From assembly GCF_020745735.1 (NCBI RefSeq), contig NC_083411.1:45751395-45815394 (forward strand): a DNA stretch of 64,000 bases, read 5' to 3'. Below the pieces are notes generated by a model, which saw nothing but the letters and a program-made list of their open reading frames with translations, did no database searches and was not told where the DNA came from. This DNA is from Hemiscyllium ocellatum. Lineage: Eukaryota. Below, piece by piece: positions 1-10,619 of the stretch. Position numbers and translations under genes: made by a program. Numbering within the stretch: the first letter of the stretch is position 1; the number at the start of each line of letters is the position of its first letter.

Positions 1-167
1 GGAACACTGGGGTATAGATGAAAAAAAATAAAGACACTTGTAGAACTATAGAAGTTATAGGACTTATAGAACTTAAACTTATCAAAGTTTGGTCAGAAAA
101 CAGTCGATTTGATCTCCATTTGTCAAACATGACAGTGTTCAGAAAATGTTTACAACAATGCAGCCAG

Positions 168-590
168 AGATGGAGGGTTTGAGCTATAACAGAGACTGAA
201 TAGCAAGTGGCTATTTTCTCTGGAGTGTCAGAGGCTGAAGGGTGACCAAATAGAGGTTTATAAAGTCATGAGGGGCATGAATAGGGTCTTTTCCTCAAAG
301 CAGGGGTGTCCAAAACTAGAGGGCAGAAGATTAAGGTCAGAGTGGGAAGATTTAAAAGGGACTTATTGGGTAGTCTTTTCCCACAGAAGGGTGGTACGTG
401 TATGGAATGAGCTGCCAGAGGAAGTGGTGGATACTGGTACAATTACAGCATTTAAATGGCATCTGGATGGGTACATGAAAGGAAGGGTTTAGAGGGATAT
501 GGACCAAAGTTTGGCAAATAGGACTCGATTAATTTAGGATATCTGGTCGGCATGGATGGGTTGGTCTGTGATGTACACATCTATGACCCT
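168..590 (+). mobile_element. CR1 LINE 3' fragment (paralog 31068-31490)
   Basis: RVVRVWNELPEEVV..FKWHLD is the typical CR1 ORF2 C-terminus. Confidence 0.85.
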
Positions 591-1659
591 ATATTACAAA
601 AACTGTATAGAGCTGCTGCAGAGTAGATTGGTCTTTCCTCAGATCTGAAACTGATAGCAGTGGACGTTATTCTATAACTGTACATAGCTCCAATTAAATT
701 CATCTACTACTTTCTTTTTACTGGAACTGATTTGGTCTTAATTAGTTTACCACAAGTCTTCATTCATCTTCATGTATTTACCATCTTTAAATCTGACAGG
801 TTAAGGATTACTCAGTGCTGTTATTCACGAAGGTTGGGTTGCAGCTGGTATTAACAACTAATTTCAGCAACACTGGATGAAAATTGTTCAAAAGCAAGTG
901 TTCAATATATCAGCAAGTGTAACTAGTGGGACGTATTGAGAAATACCTCACAACAGCAAAATCCGGCACATACTGATCGACATGTCTTATTTCATTTCTT
1001 TCTTGGGCTCCTGTTCTGGAATTTCTACTGCTGTACAGGAGCTTTTTCACAGTCAAGGGCTCATCCATTAACAGGACCATGATTTTCAAGTGACTCCTGA
1101 TTTCCATCACGACGTTTTGCCTCTTTTTCTGTAATTCTACCAAGTAAACCTCTGGTAAGGAGTGGGAATTCATTGTGCCAGGAAGAATCAGCAGGATTAG
1201 CTGTGTTGTAGGCTAACTCAAAGGATTTTTTCAATGAATCATGGGGATATGGTGTCAGTGGCTGGCCAGCATTTATTGCCAGTCTCTCGCTACCCTTGTG
1301 GAGGTGGTAGTGAGTTGCTTTTTTGAACTCCTGCAGTACATATTCTGTCAATAGACCCACAATGCCCTCAGGGAGAGAATTCCAGGAAATGTGAAGGAAT
1401 AGTAATATATTTCCAAGCCAGGATGGAGTGTGACTTGGAGGGAAATTGGTAGGCGTGGTGTTCCCATGTATCTGCTGTCCCTATCCCTCTCATTGGTCAT
1501 GATCAGGGGCTTGGAAGTTTTAGCCAAATGCAGCCTTGATGTCAAGGACTTGCACTCTCACCTCCCCTCTGGGATTTATCTTTTTGAGCATGTTTGAACA
1601 TGGTTCTAGGAGGCTGCTCACCACCACATTCTCAAGGACAACTAGGGCTGTGTACTGTC

Positions 1660-3365
1660 GTAGAGATGTACAACATGGAAACAGACCCTTCGGTCTAACC
1701 CGTCCATGCCGACCAGATATCCCAACCCAATCTAGTCCCACCTGCCAGCACCTGGCCCATAGCCCTCCAAACCCTTCCAATTCATATACCCATCCAAATG
1801 CCTCTTAAATGTTGCAATTGTACCAGCCTCCACCACTTCCTCTGGCAGCTCATTCCATACACACACCACCCTCTGTGTGAAAACGTTGCCCCCTTAGGTC
1901 TCTCTTATATCTTTCCCCTCTCACCCTAAACTTATGCCCTCTAGTTCTGGACTCCCTGACCACAGGGAAAAGACTTTGCCTATTTACCCTATCCATGCCC
2001 TTCATAATTTTGTAAATCTCTATTAGGTCACACCTCAGCTCCCAACATTCCAAGGAAAACAGCCCCAGCCTGTTCAGCTTCTCCCTATAGCTCAAATTTT
2101 CTAACCCTGGCAACATCCTTGTAAATCTTTTCTGAACCCTTTCAAATTTCACAACATCTTTCCGATAGGAAGGAGACCAGAATTGCATGCAATATTCCAA
2201 CAGTGGCCTCACCAATGTCCTGTACAGCCACAACATGACCCCCCAACTCCTGTACTCAGTACTCTGACCAATAAAGGAAAGCATACCAAACACCTTCTTC
2301 ACTATCCTATCTACCTACAACTTCACTTTCAAAGGAACTATGAATCTGCACTCCAAGGTCTCTTTGTGCAGCAATACTCCCTAGGACCTTACCATTAAGT
2401 GTATTAGTCCTGCTAAGATTTGCTTTCCCAAAATGCGGCACCTCGTATTTATCTGAATTAAACTCCATCTGCCACTTCTCAGCTCATTGACCCTCTTCAC
2501 TGTCCACTACACCTCCAATTTTGGTGTCATCTGCAAACTTACTAACTGTACCTCTTATGCTCACATCCAAATCATTTATGTAAATGACAAAAAGTAGAGG
2601 ACCCAGCACCGATCCTTGTGGCACTCCTTGGGTGACAGGCCTCCAGGCTGAAACACAACCCTCCGTCTTCTCCCTTTGAGCCAGTTCTGTATCCAAATGG
2701 CTAGTTCTCCCTGTATTATGAGATCTGACCTTGTTAATCAGTCTCCCATGGGGAACCTTGTCAAACGCCTTACTGAAGTCCATATAGATAACATCTACTG
2801 CTCTGCCCTCATCAATCCTTTGTTACATCTTCAAAAGACTCAGTCACGTTTGTGAGACATGATTTCCCACACACAAAGTCATGTTGACTATCCTTAATCA
2901 GTCCTTGCCTTTCCAAATACAAATACATACTGTCCGTCAGGATTCCCTCCAACAACTTGCCCACCACCGAGGTCAGGCTCACCAGTCTATAGTTCCTTGG
3001 CTTGTCTTTACCGCCCTTCTTAAACAGTGGCACCACATTTGCCAACCTCCAGTCTTCCAGCACCTCACCTGTGACTATCGATGATACAAATATCTCAGCA
3101 AGAAGACCAGCAATCACTTCTCTAATTTCCCACAGAGTTCTCAGGTATACCTGATCAGGTCCTGGGGATTTATCCACCTTTACCCGTTTCAGCACTTCCT
3201 CCTCTGTAATCTGGACATTTTGCACCATCTATTTCCCGACAGTCTATTTCTTCCATATCCTTTTCCACAGTAAATACTAATGCAAAATATTCATTCAGTA
3301 TCTCCCCCGTTTTCTGCGGCTCCACACAAAGGCCGCCTTGCTGATCTTTGAGGGGCGCTATACTC
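1660..3365 (-). mobile_element. 5'-truncated degenerate CR1 LINE
   Basis: RT motifs [38 protein letters not shown], split by frameshifts. Confidence 0.93.
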
Positions 3366-3819
3366 TATCTTTAAAATCATACATGATGACATTTAAACCA
3401 CAAAATAATTTTCAGCCAACGAGATATGCGCACTCAGCATTCGCGCCCAATATTAAAACTTCAGACTAATTTCATGCGTTTGTTTTTAAACCCTACGGAT
3501 AAGAAGAAACAAGATGATTTGTCCATATTGCCAAAGACTCCGAAGCAGTTTCTCAATGTTAACTTTCTGCCGAGTACAGTCTCCACATCCTGTCACTTGA
3601 AAACAACTCACTCCCTTCTCAACAGCACGACGAGACATTTCCTACAGTTTGCTCCGGGAACAGTTTCGCTTAGATTTGGCCTCCTGAAGAATTCTTATTG
3701 TAAAACTTCAGAGTTCGAGGGGTGAAGCAGATCGATAGAGCCAGACTCTGCCCAAGTTGTGCTGTAATCCTGTTTAAATTTAAATGCAATTCTCTCTGAA
3801 TGTGACAGCTGCACTGTTT

Positions 3820-3832
3820 TGTTTCCATTTCC
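3820..3832 (-). promoter_or_regulatory. IRF-binding/ISRE-like motif at the start of intron 1 (also 34740-34752 and 60030-60042)
   Basis: GGAAATGGAAACA on the minus strand (GAAANNGAAA), identical in all three copies. Confidence 0.5.
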
Positions 3833-3842
3833 TGGTCCTTAC

Positions 3843-3938
3843 CTGCACTGTTTCCGTGGAGGGGGTGAATTTCTCCGTGTCGTTGACACTGAATGCACAC
3901 CGAGATGTCTGTGATCTCGGCGTCGCACTCACTTTGTC
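3843..3938 (-). other. Putative non-coding exon 1 of a third IRG gene (gene 0) whose coding exons lie left of the window
   Basis: Same exon and donor (CAG|GTAAGG at 3843/3842) as the other two copies. Confidence 0.65.
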
Positions 3939-4245
3939 AGGAAACAAGGAATCTGGATATTTACATACAAATTTTGAAGGTCAATGCACAGCAAATCTGA
4001 CCAATGAAAATCAAAGGCCAAGCAAGGTCACTTGTTACTGGGGAGATTTTGCTTTTACAGGTTACACAAAAAATGAGAATCTAAACAAAACACAACTTTA
4101 CCCCAGACAAGAAGTTGGGAACTGGTATCTGCTTGAATTTCAGATGCAGCCACTGGGCTGGATAGTTGGAGATGGGTGGGTTCAAACAATTCCTATTTGA
4201 CGAAATGACTTTGCTCTGTTTAAAAGTAGCCCTTTAGCTCCATGA

Positions 4246-4263
4246 AGTTTCACTTTCCGGGAA
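4246..4263. promoter_or_regulatory. Overlapping ISRE + GAS element (gene 0 promoter)
   Basis: AGTTTCACTTTCC (ISRE consensus AGTTTCNNTTTC) overlaps TTCCGGGAA (GAS consensus TTCNNNGAA). Confidence 0.8.
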
Positions 4264-5620
4264 TTCAGTTCATGAAAAGAATCTGTACATCACTCAGCTC
4301 AGGAACACGTCAGCAGTTTCGATTGAAATTTCACCAACAAACAAAGATCAAACACCAGCCAACACTTAACCGGTTAAAGGACAAACGGCTCCTCAAAGCA
4401 AACCTCTCAATCTCTGATTATAAAGACACTTTTAATCCATCTGTTCAGACATATTATAACATATCTCTACAGAAACTGGGAGTCGAAGCGACACTTTCTA
4501 GCCAACAAGTAGGGGTCACTACCACTGCACTCCGAGTCTCTGATCTGATTAAATATTTACCTGTTGCACAACTGTAAACATTAGCAGAGTCTGCTCTGTT
4601 ATCCCCATCAGAAACAAACATATTGCTGACTGACCTGGGGTTCATGCAGCAAAACAGAATGGGGCAGCAAGGTGGTGGGACTGAAGCCCTGGCACATTGG
4701 GTGCTGAGTTGTCATACTGCTCTAGTTGGTGGTGACATTGGGGTTATGTATACAAATCCATCGTGTCCAGTTGACCAATGGAATTCAACAGAAAAAATGG
4801 TGCAAGCAACCAATGTGATTAACCAATGCCCCCCAGGCAAGATGACTGATCATGTGGAATGTCCTGCTGGATTGTATGGGGAGTGTTTAACCCAGAGATT
4901 TGAACAGGGAGCTGAATTGGTCCTAAGCTGGGCCAGAGAATGATCCATATGAAGCCTGTTGGCCAGCAGTTAATGAATGCCCAGCCTTTGTGATGCAGAT
5001 TGGTTTCAGGGTCTGGTAATTGAGTCAGGGTTGGGGGCAATGGCCTTCCGAGATCGGGACCCAGGTAATGCACCAGGAAATGGGTTCGAATACTGCCAGG
5101 ATAGATGGTGAAATGTGAGTTCAATAAGAAATCTGGAATGAAGAGTCTCATGGTGACCATGAAACCATCGCCAATTGTTGGGAAAAATAACCCATCTAGT
5201 TTACTCATGTCCTTGAGGAAAGGAAACTGCTGTCCTTATTTGGTCGAGAGTAGACAAGCAGGAGGCTGGAGGAACACAGCAAGCCAGGCAACATCAGGAG
5301 GTGGAGAAGTCAATGTTTCAGATATAACCCTTCTTCAGGAATCAAGGTGGGAGTAGTGGATACTGCAGATAAATGAGGGGGGGGGGGGCGTGGGGTGTTA
5401 TAAGTGGGGAGAGGGTAAGAATGGTGAAGTAGTGATAGGGGAATACAATCTATTTTGTTGATGGGAGAAATGAATCTCGTTGGTAGATGCAAGGAAGGGT
5501 GAATCAGAGGAATGGAATGTAAGTGAAGCTGGAGCGGGAATTGGAGGATGGTTGGGAATGTTGTTATCCAGACTGGCCAACATGTACTGCAATGTGGTTT
5601 GCCATCTGGGCAATTAGAGA

Positions 5621-6012
5621 GGTGGCACAGTGTGGGGCGGCACGGTGGCACAGTGAGGGGCGGCACGGTGGCACAGTGAGGGGCGGCACGGTGGCACAGT
5701 GAGGGGCGGCACGGTGGCACAGTGATTAGCACTGCTGCCTCACAGCGCCAGAGACCCGGGTTCAATTCCTGACTCAGGCGACTGACTGTGTGGAGTTTGC
5801 ATGTTCTCCCCGTGTCTGCGTGGGTTTCCTCCGGGTGCTCCGGTTTCCTCCCACAGTCCAAAGATGTGCGGGTCAGGTGAATTGGCCATGTTAAATTGCC
5901 TGTGTTAGGTAAAGGGGTAAATGTAGGGGTATGGGTGGGTTGCGCTTCGGCGGGTCGGTGTGGACTTGTTGGGCCAGAGGGCCTGTTTCCACATTGTAAG
6001 TAATCTAATCTA
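5621..6012 (+). mobile_element. tRNA-derived SINE (HE1-like) with a tandemly repeated 5' head; copy 1 only
   Basis: A box tggcacagtg, B box ggttcaattcc, tail aatctaatct; absent at the paralogous site ~37137. Confidence 0.88.
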
Positions 6013-7485
6013 AATAAATACTGGTTGGCCAGTGATGTACATCTTGTGAATGAATTGTTAATAACCCTTGATGTCTTGTGTGTGGGAGAGACAGCCTGTC
6101 TGGGCTAGCTATCCATTATTGCTGTCTCTTCGAATGATCCTTAATCCTTGGATCTGCTGGACCTATGACTCCAGCCCCACAGTCAATGATTCTTACTGTG
6201 CTCATAAAATAAATAAGTTTGGAACAAAAACAAATTGCTGGAAAAGCTCAGTGGGTCTGACATCAACTGTTGAGTGAAATTAGAGTTAATATTTCAGATC
6301 CAATGACACTTCCTTAGAAAGGAGCAGGATTAGTCTGCAGTTGGTGATTCATTGATAGCTGGATATGAGACCTGAAGGGTGGGGGAGCTCTGTGATTGAC
6401 TGTGATTATGTTAACAGACAGGGTCATTGACCAGGTGGTTGTATTGGGGTCCCTGTACCTCACCCATCAGACTGTGATCAGCAGAGACTGCCTGTTTTAG
6501 GGAAATATTACAGATAATTACATTGCTTTGATCTTCATATATTGTGATATGATGCTTTTTCTTATCCTCAGAAAAGCTGAATATATTTACTTGGTAAAAA
6601 TCCTACATGCTGATAGCAAGGGATCTCCTCTTGGGATCATTTATTGATCTAAAGTAAAGTTGCCTGTGGTGTTTAACCAGTTGTAATTCATTGCGGGTGT
6701 AGCTCACTAATGAATCCCAGAAGAAAATACTTGCCTTCTTTTTTCTTTTTGATAGTCATTGGCATTCTAAAATTTAAATATAGTGACTTACTTGTTACTT
6801 TGTTGGTTCACTGTTTTGTCTCTGTATGTTCCTTCATTTGCTTCTATTTAACTGTCAAACAGCTGTCAAAACTGAGCTGTAACTTAGGAAAAACTTGTTC
6901 AATATGAACCTCCCTCGTCATTTCATTAATTCCCCGTCCCCAGTTTATGGTTTGATCTTTTGTCCTTACCTGTGCTACTTCCTTGAAGGAGAGTCTGTCA
7001 GTGAGGTTCACCCACTGTCAGCACCTCAATGCAGAGTGACTGCTCCTGCTGCTTCATTGTCTCTCTCACACCAGGGACACTGAGCAACTGGGTGCAGAAC
7101 AGGGACTGTTACATTCTGTCAGATTATACCGATTACTGTGCACTGTCCAATGAGAATCACACACAATGAATGCTCACATGCTGCCGGGTAGATTATATTT
7201 TTATAGTTTGTGATTCCTGAACTTATTTCTCCTTTATTCTGAGCATCATCCTATTTCTTAACTGCACTGGGAAGTCCCTTTGCCAAGCAAAGGACTATAG
7301 TTTATCCTGATGGACGCTTCATTTAAAATAACAGAAGTTTTTCATTGCACAGGTATAGTTTCCCATTGCTTTGTACATCCACTAAGATATCAATTCTGTC
7401 TGAGCATAAGAGAGAGGAGTAGAATTAGGCCATTCAGCCCATTGAGCCTGCTCTGTCTTTCAATCTTGGCTGAATTACCTCTTAA

Positions 7486-7571
7486 CTGAAAATGTGTTGC
7501 TGGAAAAGCGCAGCAGACACAGCAACACATTTTCAGCTCTGATCTCCAGCATCTACAGTCCTCACTTTCTC
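7486..7571. mobile_element. Short fold-back Penelope-derived insertion; copy 1 only
   Basis: 16-bp TSD ctgaattacctcttaa (7470-7485, 7572-7587); empty site at ~39377. Confidence 0.85.
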
Positions 7572-8052
7572 CTGAATTACCTCTTAAACCTACTCTCCTG
7601 CCTTCTCCCCAGTTCCGTTGCTTTGGGGGTCATCTGAACCTCTCAGGGCAGTTGAGGTGTTTCTCTGCAGGCAGCAGGCTGAAACACTGAAAAATACTGG
7701 CATTAGTGCTAACCAAGGAACCACCATCTATTTCATACATTGTGTCAGCATGACAGTAACTCTCAACACATAAATCCTTGGCACTAGCTTCAAGATGATG
7801 GGTTAGGCATGTAGTCTGGGAGAAAGTGAGGACTGCAGATGCTGGAGAGTCAGAGTTGAAAAGTGTGGCACTGGAAAGGTACAGCAGGTCAATCAGCATC
7901 CAAGGAGCAGGAGACATTGTGCTGTGAGTGGTTACTCCCTGATCATGAAGGTACAGTATTGTCTTGACAGTGAAGCTCACACTGCAGAAACTGATTCATG
8001 ACACCATTTTCCATGACACTTGGTTTGCAAAGCAGTGACATATCATACATTT

Positions 8053-9178
8053 CTGAAAATGTGTTGCTAGAAAAGTGCAGCAGCTCAGGCAGCATCTAAG
8101 GAGCAGGAGAATCGACGTTTCGGGCATGAGCCCTTCTTCAGGAATGAGGAAAGTGTGCCAAGCAGGCTAAGATAAAAGGTAGGGAGGAGGGACATGGGGA
8201 GGGGCATTGGAAATGTGATAGGTGGGAGGAGGTTAAGGTGAGGGTAATAAGGTGAGGGTGATAGGCCAGAGTGGGTGTGGGGAGGGGTGGTGCGGAGAGG
8301 TCAGGAAGAAGATTGCAGGTTAGGAAGATGGTGCTGACTTCGGGGTTTGGGACTGAGACAAGGTGGGGGCAGGGGAAATGAGGAAACTGGAGAAATCTGA
8401 GTTCATCCCTTGTGGGTGGAGGGTTCCTAGGTGGAAGATGAGGCGCTCTTCCTCCAGCCAACGTGTTGCTATGGTCTGGCAATGGAGGAGTCCAAGGACC
8501 TGCATGTCCTTGGTGCAGTGGGAGGGGGAGTTGAAGTGTTGAGCCACGGGGTGATCGGGTTGGGTTGGTTGGTCCGGGTGTCCAAGAGGTGTTACCTGAA
8601 ACATTCCGCAAGTAGGCGGCCTGTCTCCCCAATATAGAGGAGGCCACATCGGGTGCAGCGGATGCAGTAAATGATGTGTGTGGAGGTGCAGGTGAATTTG
8701 TGGCCGATATGGAAGGATCCCTTGGGGGCTTGGAGGGACGTAAGGGGGGAGGTGTGGGCACAAATTTTGCATTTCTTGCGGTTGCAGAGGAAGGTGCCAG
8801 TAGTGGAGGTTGGGTTGGTGGGGGGTGTGGACCTGATGAGGGAGTCACGGAGGGAGTGGTCTTTTTGGAACGCTGATAAGGGTGGGGAGGGAAATATATC
8901 CCTGGTGGTGGGGTCCGTTTGGAGGTGGCGGAAATGACAACAGATGATACGATGTATATGGAGGTTGGTGGGATGGTAGGTGAGGACCAGTGGGGTTCCG
9001 TCCTGGTAGATGTGGCTGTGGTAGCAAGTCTGTTTGAGAACATGGCTGAAGAGCTTCTGGGCAGAGGAGATTACCTCCTTCGATTCTCCTGCTCCTTGGA
9101 TGCTGCCTGACCTGCTGCACTTTTCCAGCAACACATTTTCAGCTCTGATCTCCAGCATCTGCTGTCCTCACTTTCTCC
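8053..9178 (-). mobile_element. 5'-truncated Penelope-like element (GIY-YIG endonuclease region) with an inverted terminal segment
   Basis: IIYCIRCTRCGLLYIGETGR, HPVAQHFN, GTLHPQGMN; inverted ends; ~15-bp TSD catatca(t/g)acatttc; hammerhead motif at 8110-8145. Confidence 0.92.
8110..8145 (-). ncRNA. Minimal hammerhead ribozyme motif (Penelope type)
   Basis: AUUC-CUGAAGA-AGGGCUCAUGCCC-GAAAC-GUC-GAUU. Confidence 0.75.
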
Positions 9179-9729
9179 CATATCAGACATTTCACCTTGG
9201 CAGGTAACATTGTATTCTAATTCAGAATATGTGGTGGGATATTTATCTTGTTCATCAGGTTCATTTGGTCAGATTACCATCTGTCTTATTAAGATAAACA
9301 AAAGTTCACAAATATACAACAAACATTGCAAGAAGGTGAGCTTTTGGTTAGAAGAAATTAGTGTTAACAAGAATTGATGTGTATTGATGTATGTTCGTGA
9401 AGATCAATTGATCAAAAAGATTTCCAGTGAAGCAAAATGTAACAGTATGATATTTGACAGCAGTTTCAGGTACAGCACAGATAATGTTTAGATCAGTAAT
9501 TCTGCATCATAAGATTTGCATTGAGTGGGCATAACTCAGTCCCTCATCTTTTCCCTCTGCAGTATCTGATTTGCTGTTGCAATTTCTTCCCAATCATTTT
9601 TCCTGTTCTGAGCAGTTGGACCTGACATCATTCTGACACTGCGTTTCTGACACTGTAATGACAGGAATCAGTGATGGGTGTCTGGATTGATGGAATATAC
9701 ATAATCCACCAGGGTATACAGAACTCTAC

Positions 9730-9804
9730 TGAAAATGCGTTGCTGGTTAAAGCACAGCAGGTTAGGCAGCATCCAAGGAACAGGAAATTCGACGTTTCGG
9801 GCCA
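9730..9804. mobile_element. 75-bp Penelope terminal fragment; copy 1 only
   Basis: 16-bp TSD gtatacagaactctac; empty site at ~40848. Confidence 0.85.
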
Positions 9805-10619
9805 GTATACAGAACTCTACCAAACCATAATCCTCCTCTCAATCCAGAATGATTGTCACCTTATGCGAAGACTGATTTTAGAATCTCTGACCAAGGGAAA
9901 CAGACTCTCAGCAATTATCCTGTCAAATGCTTCATAAAGTTATATATCTTAATGAAATACGTTCTCTTCATCTGAACTCCAGATTTATTCAGTCTCTCAG
10001 CATAATACAAGCGCCATGTCCCAGGGACCAATATAATGAAACTTTACTGATGCAATGATTTCATTTCTTAAATATAGAGGCCAGGCCTACACACAGTGCT
10101 GCAGGTGTAACCTTACCAAAACCTGTCCAATTTTAGAAAGACTTCTTTACCCCAAACTTCAATCCCCCCTCTATAACAGACACTTTGCCATTTGTTTTCC
10201 TAATTGCTTGCTGCAGCTGCCTGCTGACTTTCTGTTCTCCTTGTCTGAGCACATCCAGATCTCTCTGAACATCACCATTTCGTAGTTCCACATTCTTGCA
10301 GCCAACATGAATAATCTTCCAGGTATCTACACTGTACTCAAACTGCCATCTTGTTCTCCACTCTCTTCACATTCTGTGTGTCCTCCTCACAGCTTACCTT
10401 TCCACCCCATGTTATATCATCAGCAAATGTACAAACATTAGTCTTTGTCTCTTCATTGGCAATCAGGAGTTTAGGTTGGTAACAGCTGTGGCCCAGTATT
10501 GATCCTTGTGGGATGCTCCTATTCAGTGAGTTCCTAAATGTAAACTGCGCCATTAAGGTCTACTCCATGCTTCTAGTTTACTAACAAGTCCTCTATGCAT
10601 TCTACAATGTTGCTCCCCC

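Noticed and set aside
600-1360. Possible pseudogene or transposase remnant (ORFs 910-1360 and 31809-32264)
   Set aside because: Frames differ between copies and I cannot assign a family; a translated search against protein and repeat databases would be needed.
3927-3932. Alternative donor AAA|GTGAGT near the 5' end of exon 1
   Set aside because: It lies within a few bases of the predicted start site and is altered in gene A; it cannot be excluded without transcript data.
3426-4943. Plus-strand ORFs repeated in two or three copies (99-138 aa)
   Set aside because: No recognisable domains; conservation reflects recent duplication of the promoter block, and the frames break between copies.
5621-5725. 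CRISPR-like array (also the 35042-35279 repeats)
   Set aside because: No spacers, eukaryotic context; these are a SINE head duplication and a minisatellite.
5703-5775. tRNA gene
   Set aside because: The A and B boxes belong to a SINE head followed by SINE body and tail.
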